A stretch of DNA of 64,000 nucleotides. Source: Podarcis filfolensis. Taxonomy: Eukaryota. A model generated the notes under the pieces. The model was not told the DNA's origin, did not search any database, and saw only the letters and a program-made list of their open reading frames with translations. The translations under genes were made by a program, and so were the position numbers. Every line of letters begins with the position of its first letter. Positions within the stretch are counted from its first letter, which is position 1. The stretch lies in the NCBI GenBank assembly GCA_964270895.1, contig OZ185446.1; one strand, 5' to 3'. Shown piece by piece: positions 50,846 to 62,710 of the stretch.

Positions 50846-51294
50846 TGTCAGGCTTCAGGGAATTGGCTCCCCCCCCCCCTTTAGCAGTAGATAAGCAGAA
50901 CAAAAGGAAAGGAATCTTCTTACCAGTTAGAACTTTAATGGTCACAGCGAGACAACAAAGAAAACATTTCCTAGTTGCTCCCAATTAAGGGTTCCACCCA
51001 CTTCCCCCTTGTGTTGCCACCTTATTTGCTCTTCTTGACCTTGGGCTGAGCTGATGAATGCTTTCCAGCGAAAGGGAGTCTGTTAACTCACTCTCTCCCA
51101 GTTCTTCTCCTCTTAGCTGTTCCCCATCCAGTACTTCCCAGCTTCTGCCTTCTGAACTATGTCCCTCCGCAAACCACTGTTCCAAATCTATACTATTCCT
51201 CTGCTCCTGGGAAGATTTAGGATCCAGATCAGGAGCAGGGGGAGGCTCCCACCATTGATCTTCAGTGCAGCCCTTCTCAGCACAGTCACTGACA
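50846..51294 (-). mobile_element. Solo LTR (TGTCA...TGACA), 5-bp TSD CCTAC/TCTAC
   Basis: Collinear with 10785-11296. TSD at 50841-50845 and 51295-51299 with one mismatch. Confidence 0.85.
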
Positions 51295-51928
51295 TCTACA
51301 GTGTGTTATAGCTATCAGCCAGCCAAATGTGCATCTTAATGGCCAGAGTCTAGTGGCAGAAGGAAGGGAGATTGGCCAACCTGGGTTTGCCCACCTTCTG
51401 GAAGCCTTACTGTTCTAGTCAACTAGTGAACACTGGTTTCAAAAAAGACATACAGTAGCTGAGCTATTAAAGTTTCACTGAAGTCTGGCTCTTGAAGAGT
51501 ATGTGAGAGTGTGATGGAATGCCTAATCTAAACAGAGTGTGTGTAATACTCTCAGCAGCTCGTTTTCTGGTTACAGCATCAGCCTTCAAATGCATTAAGG
51601 CTGGTCTTTGATGTATGAGTATTTCTGTGTTGGAACACTTTCATGTTCTTTTTCCAATCAGGCATCAGTTTGTCAATCCGTAAATCATGTATACAGTCCT
51701 ATGTTGCTTTTGGACTGAAAGAGTATGCTGTGAGACCAATTAAAGTAAATTATGGCACTTAAACCCCACTGCTGATAAAGAAATGTGATAGTTACTTTGA
51801 TAACTATATCCCTTCTTGAGATGTGGTGTGATATGAAGCCTTGTTGCTGGTTGAGTTTCATGCATCAAATTCATTAGGCTCCAGAGAATGGAGAAGAGAC
51901 CCTATATTTTTATTATTTGAAGGAATCC

Positions 51929-51929
<1 letters not shown>

Positions 51930-51975
<46 letters not shown>
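51930..51975. repeat. (TA)n microsatellite
   Basis: Read directly. Confidence 0.97.
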
Positions 51976-51978
<3 letters not shown>

Positions 51979-52999
51979 TTCCAACATTTTGTAGTTTATT
52001 TCTTTGCTGGGACCCCAGCAAAGTCGTGCTAACTGAAATGTTCTCCAGGTAGTTTTACAGCATCTTCCAGAGACAGAAATTTAGATCTGTAATTTTCAGC
52101 AATGGTAAAAAAGATGTAAAATAAAATCTAAAGGTTCTACCTTTATACAAAGCAACCCTGTGTGTTTAGAGTGACGTTCTTCTTCATATGAATATTTCAT
52201 ATGGTTGCATGAGCACACAGGACCAAACTAAATGTGTGAACATCCTCCTAGTTCTTCATTATATATATTTTCCATGAAAACTTTATTTGTAGGCTGCAGT
52301 CAAGAGCTGCTGCTGAGGGAGAAGAAGGGCTGCTTAACCATTTCCTTTCCCACCATTTGTCCACTTCAAACTACCACTGCTATCCCTGGTGGAAAAGATA
52401 CTGGGTCCCCATCTTTCCCCCACAGAGACAAAACTGGCTTGGGCAGGGCCATTTTGAGCACACACATTGATGTGTGGGGCTGAACCTGTGACTCTTCAGA
52501 TGTTGTTGCACTACGAATCCCATAATCTTTAACCATTGGCAACATTGGATGGACCTGATGGGATCTGGAGTCCAGCAACACTTGGAGAACCACAGGGCTC
52601 CCGTCCCTGGGTTGAACACCCCCCATTCCTCTAATCAAACAGATATTTTCCATTAAAACAACAACAACCAAGCCATCCTCTTAGACACAAGGGACCACCT
52701 CAACCCAAATATCTCTGCCCAGCAACTACATTCCTCAGATGGGGCACTGCTGAGAGTACCACATGCCCCAGAGATGCGCTTAGTATATGTTGGTGGAAAA
52801 ACTTGATTGGAAATACACAATAGGTAACAAAAATGTGGGGCAAAGCAGGTATTTTGCCCAAATCACTAGCTCACAGTGTTTCTTGGATCAAAACAATGTA
52901 TGATTTTATGTATTATGAGTTTGTGGGTGCCTTGACTCCAGTGCCGTAGCTACTGGGGAGCTAGCCATGGGTTTTTTTGCCCTGGATGAAGCTCCCAGC

Positions 53000-53036
<37 letters not shown>

Positions 53037-53038
<2 letters not shown>

Positions 53039-53262
53039 GTGGTACCTCAGGTTACATACACTTCAGGTTGCAGACTCCGCTAACCCAGAAATAGTGCTTC
53101 AGGTTAAGAACTTTGCTTCAGGATGTGAACAAAAATTGTGCTCTGGCAGTGCAGCAGCAGCAGGAGGCCCCATTAGCTAAAGTGGTGCTTCAGGTAAAGA
53201 ACAGTTTCAGGTTAAGAATGGACCTCAGGAACGAATTAAGTACTTAACCCAAGGTACCACTG
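53037..53262. mobile_element. Tc1/mariner MITE, family A, abutting (TG)n at 53003-53035
   Basis: Collinear with 5377-5618, with TA flanks. Confidence 0.9.
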
Positions 53263-53806
53263 TATACATGTGCATGGAGGGGTGCCAAACTGGGTCTTTG
53301 ACCTGGTGAAATAAAGCCTGGTTTCACTCCTGCTTGAGTCTCCTAAATTCCTGGGTCTAGCCACATAGTGAAGGGCTAATTATTTTCAGGACTGCAGCAA
53401 AGGAGAGGGGAAAGTCTTGATAACTGCTCTATTGTGACCCAGACATTATATATTACGTCAATAGGGAATTCTAATTCTAAAACCCTCTCCTGCCTCTTCA
53501 GTTCCCTGTGGTCTCCTTTTCCTTATTGATTACACTAAATCAGCTATGCCTCCCTAATTTCCTTTGCAGGCCTAGAGAGATTCACTGTTCTAAAACTTTT
53601 TTTTTTAAAGCAGATTCAAGAACATTGTACTTACTCACACAGCAGGATGTGAAATGCAGAGTGGTAACTTGGGAATCTCACCTGTATATTACAAGTAATC
53701 TGTATATTACAAGTAACTCTTGAGAACATAGATCAAGGAAATACTCCTTGTCTTGGCACGTAGATGTGTAAGTGGTTTTTAGAATCATCTAACATCTAAC
53801 ATAAGT

Positions 53807-54169
53807 GGGACGCGGGTGGCGCTGTGGGTAAAACCTCAACGCCTAGGGCTTGCCGATCGCGTGGTGGGCGGTTCGAATCCCCGCGGCGGGGTGAGCTCCC
53901 GTCTTTCGGTCCCAGCTCCTGCCCACCTAGCAGTTCGAAAGCACCCCTAAGTGCAAGTAGATAAATAGGTACCGCTTTATAGCGGGAGGGTAAACGGCGT
54001 TTCCGTGTGCTGCGCTGGTGCTGGCTCACCAGAGCAGCTTTGTCACGCTGGCCACGTGACCCGGAAGTGTCTCTGGACAGCACTGGCCCCCAGCCTCTTA
54101 AGTGAGATGGGCGCACAACCCTAGAGTCGGACACGACTGGCCCGTACGGGCAGGGGTACCTTTACCTTT
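53807..54169 (+). mobile_element. Sauria SINE, young CpG-rich copy, 15-bp TSD
   Basis: Full head, core and (ACCTTT)n tail. TSD atctaacatctaaca at 53787-53801 and 54170-54184. Confidence 0.95.
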
Positions 54170-54533
54170 ATCTAACATCTAACAAAAAAGCAACATGCAA
54201 ATTAGCTCAGCCGTTTAAAAAAGCAATGAAACTGTAAGACATGAGGCAATAAAAACTGAGCTAGCCAACATGTGAACAGTGGTGGAGTGTATGCCCATGC
54301 TGCCCGGGGCGAGTGCGCAGGGTGGACCCCTGAGGGGGGGGCAGAGGGCGCCCTCCATACATGGAATAGCACAAAATGGCTTCCATATCCAAAAGGGCAA
54401 AGAAAGAGACGGGCAAAAAATAGTACAGGTATGTCCCCTTCACCACACACCCCAAAAAGTGGAGAAGGCACCTACATCAGTCACCACTGCACTCCCTAAC
54501 TAGAAGTTTTCTGTTTATTTATTCATGACTCAA

Positions 54534-54884
54534 GGGATGTGGGTGGCGCTGTGGGTTAAACCACAGAGCCTAGGACTTGCCGATCAGAAGGTCGGCAGTT
54601 TGAATCCCCACGACGGGGTGAGCTCCTGTTGCTCGGTCCCTGCTCCTGCCAACCTAGCAGTTTGAAAGCACGTCAAAGTGCAAGTAGAGAAATAGGTACC
54701 GCTCTGGCGGGAAGGTAAATGGCGTTTCCGTGCTCTGCTCTGGTTCGCCAGAAGTGGCTTAGTCATGCTGGCCACATGACCCGGAAGCTGTACGCCGGCT
54801 CCCTTGGCCAATAAAGCAAGATGAGCGCCACAACCCCAGCGTCGATCACGACTGGACCTAATGGTCAGGGGTCCCTTTACATTT
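54534..54884 (+). mobile_element. Sauria SINE, full length (different internal segment)
   Basis: Same head, core and tail as 13314 and 53807. Probable TSD tttattcat. Confidence 0.93.
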
Positions 54885-55139
54885 TTTATTCATTACACAC
54901 TCATTTACAAAATGCATAATAACTTTATTACGACCCACAAAATCTATAAGGCCACATTAAATTTAGTGTAGGAAGCCACTTAAAATGGAACCAAATTAAA
55001 ACCATGTGTCATAAAAATAATCCATAGCTGTAGGTAATAGATGCCATAAAGCATAGGAGATGACAATGGGAACAAGCAAACTCCCTTCCCTGCTGCTGCC
55101 AACATACACACCCTTGAAGTTTGACATGGATGCAGTATA

Positions 55140-55389
55140 CAGTTGTACCTCAGAAGTCAAACAGAATCCCTTCTGGAAGTCCATTCAACTTTCAAAACAT
55201 TTGGAAATCAAGGTGCAGCTTCCGTTTGGCTGCAGGAAGCTCCTGCAGCCAATTGGAAGCCACAGAAGCTGCACTGGATGTTCGGGTTCCAAAGAACATT
55301 CACAAACCTGAACACTCACTTCCGGGTTTGGGGCGTTCGAGAGCCAAAACATTCGAATCACAAGGCGTTTTACTTCCAAGGAATGAATG
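55140..55389. mobile_element. Older Tc1/mariner (Tigger-like) MITE
   Basis: TA-CAGTTGTACCTC start, degenerate right end 'caaggaatgaatg-TA', internal palindrome 'ggctgcaggaagctcctgcagcc'. Confidence 0.65.
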
Positions 55390-56489
55390 TACATTCATAG
55401 GATTCGTTGATGTTCTGCATGTTCACATTTCTGGATCTTTCCTTCATTTGGAACTGCAAGAGATGGGAAATCACGTGAATCCTATACATTCATTAGCTAT
55501 TTTAATTGCTGACTCTAAAATTGGCAGCGCTTCCACTTTAATGGAAGTTAATGATACTGTAATTGCAGAGACATATCACAGTGAATTGTACCCTGATTAC
55601 ATTCAGGATTATTACTGTATGTAAACTAATCACCAAGTGCAACAACATTTCTATAAACACTCAACATTGCCACATATCCTTTCTTGATATTATTGTTGAG
55701 AATGTACAATAGAAACTACCATTGCTGCATTAACATTTTACTTCTTAAGCAACTGTTTGCTTAGTTTTCCCCGTTAATAAATGAACTGCATAATCCTATT
55801 CATGTTTACTCAGAAGTCCCATTTTGTTCAATGAAGCCTGCTCCCAATTAAGTGGCCATAGGCTTGTAAGCATAATTTAATATATGATATCTGAGAAATT
55901 ACAGCTACAGGTCTGTAAAATTATTTGCGTATTAAATAATCAAAGCCACTTGTTAAGACATTTACATTCCTATTTCTTTCATTCATCTGCTACAAGGAGG
56001 AATTTATATGGCTGCAGAGTTTAAGTAGGTGCTTATGGGAAGTTTCCTTTTATGAAGTCAAGTCATTAGCCAGCACTGGTGATGGGAACTGTGGTCCAAA
56101 ACATCTGCAAGGCACTAGGCTGGCAAAAGCTGGATTAGCCCCATATTGTCCACACTGACTGACAGCAGTTTTGCAGGGTTTTAGATAGGGGTCTTCCCCA
56201 GATAGCAATAGCAGAATATATAATGAAGATTTTTCCAGCAGAGCAGATGGTCAGTGCTATGAGCTCTTATCTAGTTTTTATTCTTTGCTAACAAATGCAC
56301 AACTAGTACATGTGAGATGAAAAGGTATTATTAGCACGTGTCCTTACCATTCTGGTGGACTTCTATGTAACTCAGTGGATGTGCCTTTAAAAAATGCAAA
56401 GCTTTTTTAAAAAGCATCTGTGATTCCATAAGAATAAAGGCCTTTATAAATGGTCATTTCTCTCACACCCACTCAGTTAACCTGCAGCT

Positions 56490-56635
56490 GACTGGATAGC
56501 TCAGTTGGTTAGAGTGTGGAGCTGATAATGTCAAGGTTGCAGGTTTGATCCCCATATGGAACACCTGCATATTCCTGCATTGCAGGGGGCTGGACCATAT
56601 GATCCTCAGGGTCCCTTCCAACTTTATGATTCTAT
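56490..56635 (+). mobile_element. tRNA(Ile)-like SINE with CR1-type 3' tail
   Basis: Head 'tagctcagttggttagagtgtggagctgataatgtcaaggttgcaggtttgatccc' is a CpG-decayed tRNA-Ile-like sequence. Tail 'gggtcccttccaactttatgattctat' matches the CR1 3' end at 30180-30222. Confidence 0.82.
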
Positions 56636-56884
56636 CTCATTTCAAACACTGCAGCCCTATGCACACTAACCCAAGAGTCCCACTGAACACACTAGGACTT
56701 CCTTCTTAGTAGAGCTGTGTAGGATTGTATGGTGTGGATATATTAAAAAAACAAAACCCATCAGTTTGACGTGTGCGTTAAGGTATATTGGCATGCCATA
56801 TAGTTGGAGAAGCAGGAAGTACATGTGTAGGGATGGGTAAATCTGTCAATTTCAGTTTCTCATTTTTCCAGTTTTAAGTACACT

Positions 56885-57160
56885 ACGACACCACTTTAAA
56901 AGAGCCATGGCTTCCCCCCAAAGTATTCTGGGAGCTGTAGTTTTTGAAGGGTGCTGAGAGGTATTAGGAGGTTCCCTATTCCCTTCACTGGGCTACAACT
57001 GTCTGAGTAGTTTAACATTCAATTAGTAGTTTTAACAGGGAACACTGCAAATTGTAGTTCTGGGAGAGGACTTAGGGGTCTCCTAACAACTCTCAGCACC
57101 CTTAACAAACTACAGTTCCCAGGATTCTTTGGAGGAAGCCATGACTGTTTAAAGTGGTAT
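56885..57160. mobile_element. Fold-back MITE-like element with ~85-bp imperfect arms
   Basis: 'ccactttaaaagagccatggcttcccccaaagtattctgggagctgtagttt...agggtgctgagag...ttaggag' pairs with 'ctcctaacaactctcagcaccct...aaactacagttcccaggattctttggaggaagccatgactgtttaaagtgg'. Confidence 0.8.
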
Positions 57161-58739
57161 GATTTAAAGTGGTATGGTGGGAATGTGGCCTAAATAGTCA
57201 GTCACTGCCCTGTCTAAATAAAACATTCCCCCCCCCCAATTCCGCTGAAATTTAAGTTACTCATTCCAAGATATAACATGCTATTTCCTTTCATTTCTTC
57301 TAAAAGCCTCGATTCAGCCCAGATAGAGTGGGATTCTGTGATACTAATTTCACTGAGGGCAACATCCAGCTTGATATTATTTGATCTGGGAAATGCATCT
57401 TCTGCAGAGAGCTTCTGTAATGCCGAGAGAGCCTTTATGCTATTTGATGTGCCTGTACTGAAGCAAATTGAAAGGCCAATAAATTTGGCAGCTTGCCCAG
57501 CTCCTTTTTTTTTATGACTAATGAAGCTGTTCATTGGGCAATATTGTTTCATTCGGCAAGCGGTCCTTGTGTGATTCCAAGATGTCACTTATGCTTATTA
57601 ACCCACTAAATCTTTCCATCCCGGCAGGAACACTTCTATACATCAGCCAGCGGAGGTGAAGGACGCAGAGAATATCCTCTGAGAAAATGGTCTCATTTGT
57701 ATTAGAAGCATGCTATGGTTGTGTCCCAGAGGCTTTATATCTCAAAGGCACAGAGAAGAAACAGGAAAATAGAAAGAAGCCTGTGGCATCTTCTCATAAA
57801 TTTTGAAGGAAGTTGCCACAATATCCTCCCCCCACCCTTTCCTATTTCTTTCCCAGTGTCACTGAGAAATAAATCAATGCACTAAAGCTTCCACTACTTT
57901 AAGTGGGCAGGCCGGGTCTTCCTGTTATATACCTGCCGGGATTAGCAAGGCATCTGACCCTCACCTGAATCTCATAGCTCTCCTAACGAGTGCTTTGGTC
58001 TGCCCACCAGATACCAGGCACTCTACTATTCAAATTAGACCCCAGTGTTTTTGTTACAATCCCCTTCTCAATTAAGTAATCAATTTTAAACTAGAATTTA
58101 AATTCTCAAAACTTTCTTATTTGTTAATTCGAGCAAGTAAACTATTGCTCTCACTTCATTAGAAACAGTATTTCTACCTGCAACACACTTGAGCAAACCT
58201 GCTCCTCTTCTTTTCACAGATATTTTGTTTCCATTTGCAACTGTAGCTGCCTCTGATTAGTTATCATTTAACTCTTGGGGGAAATAATTAGCATCACATG
58301 TCATGTGCATGGAAGTTGCCGAACCAATTAATCAACAAGAAGGATTACTGTTAATAGCACCAGTTTTCTTATAACTTAATATTCCTGGATAGTTTTGATG
58401 AACTGCAAAAGCATTTTTAGTTTGCTTTCTGTTGCCATCCTGGAACTTTTTTTTATTAGTGCCACTTTGTTTTGTACGATTCCTTGCAAATGAAGGAAAA
58501 CAACTTTTCTGCTTGTATATGTTGATAATATAATTTTGGTTACTGAGGACAAACAAGATTGTACAAAAACAAGATTGGGTGCAGGCCTGGCCAGGACATA
58601 GGCGTCCTGACTGTGACAAAGGTGACCTGTGTGCTTGCTTGCTTGCTTAACAGCTGTTGGGAACTTCAAGGTCCCTGCTCTCCCTTCTTGTGGTCTTTGT
58701 ACCGTACCTGGAGACTCCAACAGAGAGCATTCCATGTCA

Positions 58740-58915
58740 AGAAGGAGGGCAAGTGGGCACCCTATCAAATGACAGGGCAGGAGCTACACGGAGTAGGGCC
58801 TTTTCACTGGTGGTGCCCATTATATGCCTCACTTTTCCCAGACCTGCTCTCTTTTGGCCTGTATTTTGGAGCTTTATAATTTCGGAAGACTTTGAAAGAA
58901 CTGGTTGACAAGTCT
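58740..58915 (+). mobile_element. Old L2 ORF2 3' remnant
   Basis: Peptide 'ATRSRAFSLVVP' parallels 'GTRQRAFSVVAP' in the 9120 L2 copy. Confidence 0.5.
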
Positions 58916-59504
58916 TATCAATTGCTGACATATGAGCGGATTTTATTTGCTGCTATTATGGGCTTCTGGTGCACCAGGGTTTACACCAGCATAATAGAGT
59001 TGGCCAGGATGCCAGAAGGGATACAATTTATGAGCTTTCTCCATTATCTGCATAGCAGGGGGTGTTAAAGGCTGCTTTCAGCAATAGGGGTCGCTATTTG
59101 GTAGTACCCAATTGGTTAGCTGTCAGATTCTAGAGCTCCCTATTGGTGGCTCTTACGTAATTCACAAAATACAGAGTCCATTCATAAAACATAGTGTTCA
59201 TTCATAAAGAAGTAACATAAATCTCCATTGCTACATATTGGGTGTATATTTCAGCGGTTGAACGTACAGGTTTATGACCATGCTGTAGTGTAGTGCTTAT
59301 GTGACTGTGAATAACAGGTGGCTGGGCTCATTGTCTCGGGGTTTGGGGGGAAAGAGGTGACAAAACTGATTTCCAATAAGTGCCCCCCCTTTATTTCCAT
59401 AACAAGTCCTTGAGTCTGTACTTGTACTGTACTTGAGTCTGAATGGTGACACCAGGGACCTAGAAGGTGCAGGGCTTGTCAGTCCAACCCCTGCACTGTC
59501 TCAT

Positions 59505-59982
59505 CAGGGCTGACCTTAAGGCAGTTGGGCCAAATTGGGCCCCGTGGGCTACTCTTAAGGGGGCCCCCACACCAGGGCAATCTAGATGGCTTTTATTTAT
59601 ATCTATAAGATTTTGCAGACTTTGGCTGTGAACTGGGGACTTACAAAAAGAAAATTCAAGTTGCGCCTCACTGCTTCAAATTGTGCCCCACTGGCTAGCC
59701 CTGAGTCTCATAGTTGCTGGGCCTGAGTTGCCCTGCCCTTGCATGAAATCTTGGGTTCACAATTTTGTGAGAGAGGGGAGACTGCAGCACTAGGGAGTGG
59801 GCAGGCTGGTGACACCCCCAAATTTAGAGACCCAAGTTGTCCTGCCCTCACACGAAGTCTTGGGTTTGCAAATTTGAGAGAGGGGAGACTGCAGCACTGG
59901 GGAGAGGGCAGGCTGGCAAGCCCCCTTACATTTAGAAGCCCTAGGCATCAGCCTACTTAGCCTATACATAAATCTGGCACTG
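59505..59982. mobile_element. Degenerate hAT (Tip100-like) element with internal ~108-bp tandem duplication
   Basis: Ends cagggctgacctta / taaatctggcactg. Direct repeat at 59728-59920. No TSD. Confidence 0.45.
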
Positions 59983-61234
59983 CTCTTAGACTTGGTAAAC
60001 CTAGGTACTTTACTACATAAGAGCAGGAAAGAAGCAGTTTTTGCAACTCAATTCCATACTTAATGACATCACCAGGGCCTCACCCCCTGTGACTTCACTG
60101 GGGTGGTCCCCCCCTTGTGACATCACCATGCACCTGCCCGTAGGTCTCAGGTTTGGACTTTGCAATCTCAGAGTCTTGGATGCTCCTGAGCTGGCAACCC
60201 TAAACATAGGTTAGCAACTGAGTTTCTTTTAGATTAAAGGAAAAGAGATGTCTGGAGACTAAAGTGCACTTACGGAGAGTGCTGAGCTCATTCACTGGGT
60301 CTGAAGATAGTGCACTTTAAAACATCAGATTTTAATTTTTTTAAATAACTTATTCAGAATTTGCAACTGTGCAATTCAGTTATGAGGCAGTCACCAACAC
60401 TGAAATCTTGGGGTGAGACAAAGGTCTTCAGGTTTTCCCCCCGTCACATCACTGCAAAAGAGACAAGCCACCATTTAAACACAATAGTAGCATAGGACTT
60501 CTGCAGTGGAGACTACTCGGGCAAGAGAGGAGAGCAAGGAAGCTCATCTGGTGTGATGATACTGCTTTTGTTCCCCTACAAGGCCAATAAGTTGTTCTTA
60601 GTTGACCTAAAACAACCCACTCACAGAAACAAAATGTTAGGAGAATTGACAGATACATGAGAAGCGGCTTTCATCACATCCTCCTCATTCTGGAAAAGTG
60701 TGTCTCCTGTCTCCATTTCTCTTCTACCAAAGGCAGAATTCCCAGTGTGCACCATATTGAGAAAGATGTGGACCACAGAGGGAATGCTCCCTCTTTGTTA
60801 AAAGAGAACTGAAACGGGAAATCCTGCCCAGCCATCTGTCATTCTGCATAGAAATTCCATTGATCTTGGTGGAAGCTACATACGCAGATCAAATGGACTG
60901 AGGATGCGTAGTGAAGATGAAAGGAGCAAACAAATGGGGTTAGCAAAGGATTAGCAAGATCACTTCTTGCATGTTTCATAAGCTTCTCAGCAATGGCACC
61001 CTGGATTCAAAACCTCCCCCCAGCCCTGCCAACCCACTAGGTTTCTTTCAAAGCCAGCTAAACACCTTCGTCTTCTGTCAAGCCCATGGGTAATAAAATC
61101 CTTGACCTACAAGGCACAGTGGAATTGTTTTGATGAGGATATTTAGACTGATTCAGGGACCTGAGAAGCTCCCTTATATCAAGTCAGACCATGGGTCTGT
61201 CTATCTCAATACTGCCCACACTGACTCTCTATAA

Positions 61235-61370
61235 CAGGCATCCCCAAACTCAGCCCTCCAGATGTTTCAGGACTACAACTCCCATCATCCCTAGCTAACA
61301 GGACCAGTGGTGAGGAATGATGGGAATTGTAGTCCCGAAACATCTGGAGGGCCGAGTTTGGGGATGCCTG
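61235..61370. mobile_element. hAT-type MITE, 8-bp TSD CTCTATAA, nested in an old SINE
   Basis: Same family as 19430-19565. TSD at 61227-61234 and 61371-61378. The host SINE continues on both sides. Confidence 0.95.
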
Positions 61371-62231
61371 CTCTATAATTTCAGCCAGGGGTCTCTTCCA
61401 CTCCTGTCTAGACATTCCAGGGACTAAACCTGGGACTTTCTGCAAAGAATTAGTCTTGGAGCCCTGTAATTTCTGCCCTAGAAAAGGGGGCTTTTGGTTT
61501 TCAATATATTGTGCAAATAATTGGGTAGCTGAAAAAGACTAATATGTTTATGTTAAATAGCTCACTGCTGGCATCTGGTACAGCTAATGGATAATTGACA
61601 TTCAATACAGTGAAGTTCTCCAAATTTCACCCTGCTGACATCTCCACTTTTAATTATGACATGACTCCACAGTTTACTTACAAGTACTGTGTAATGAGCT
61701 GGCGTCAGAGGTTACAAAACAAATGTGATGTGTCTGGAATACTATAGCCATTGCCATCTATTACGGTGTGTTATGTTAGTGTCAGGGGACTCGTAGTCTT
61801 AAAAAGGAGGTGATTCAGAAGATTTTCATTTGCTGTCATTTACTTATGTCCCAACTGGACTCTTGAGGCAAAGACTCTCAAGGCAACTCACAACTTTTAA
61901 ACATAATAAACATAATAAAATGTCCGCCCCTGCCCTCCTCAAAGTTAAACTAGAATCAATAGTCATAAATAAGCCTAGTTAGATTACTGTATTGTCCATA
62001 TGAGGGGATGCCCTTGAATCTGCCTTATAGCATCTGTTGTAGCATCTTTCCAGATGTTGTTGAACTACAACTCCCGACTTTGCAGGCATAGCCAATGAGC
62101 AGACATATGGGAGTTGTAGTTCATCTTGCCTAAGATGTGAAGATGATACTGAAACCTATCTGCTTTAGTTGCAGCAGTCCTTTTAACAGGTATCTGAACA
62201 TCCCGAAGGCTGAAGAAGTGACCTGCTAACC

Positions 62232-62710
62232 TGTCGGGCTTCAGGGAATCCTATCCCTCCCACGGTGGGATGCCAAGAAGCAGAAAAACAAGAAGAGTTC
62301 TTACCAAGTCGTTTATTCAATATTCACAGAGAGAGATGAAGGAATGCGGTCTCTCTTAGATAATGGCGTTGCTCCAAGTAAAGTCCCATCCCTTCAGTCC
62401 CTTCTATTTTACATCACCCGTGCGCCGGCTGATCTGTGCTTTCTGCCTCTGAGCTTTCTGTTCTACTACCCTCAAGGCTCGCCTGGTCCTGGGATGTGTG
62501 TGTGTCAAGAACACTTTCTAGAGACGTGTCTCTTCCCTGGTGCTTCTTTTCCCTGCTGCTCTCCCAATATTTCCTAGCCTCTGCAACCTCTGAACTATGG
62601 CTCTCTGCAAACCGCTGTTCTAAATCTATACTGTCCTCCTCTTCTCGGGAAGGTGCAGGAAGAGGGTGTGGGGCAGTCCCCATCATTCCTCCTCAGTCCA
62701 GTCCCTGACA
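62232..62710 (-). mobile_element. Solo LTR (TGTCG...TGACA), 5-bp TSD TAACC
   Basis: TSD at 62227-62231 and 62711-62715. Homologous to 14860-15357. Confidence 0.88.

Noticed and set aside
55121-55624. 167-aa ORF
   Set aside because: The first half is a MITE. The second half has no recognisable homology or clear splice sites.
56490-56562. Functional tRNA-Ile gene
   Set aside because: Stems are disrupted, the B box shows CpG decay, and the sequence continues into a CR1-like tail, so it is a SINE head.
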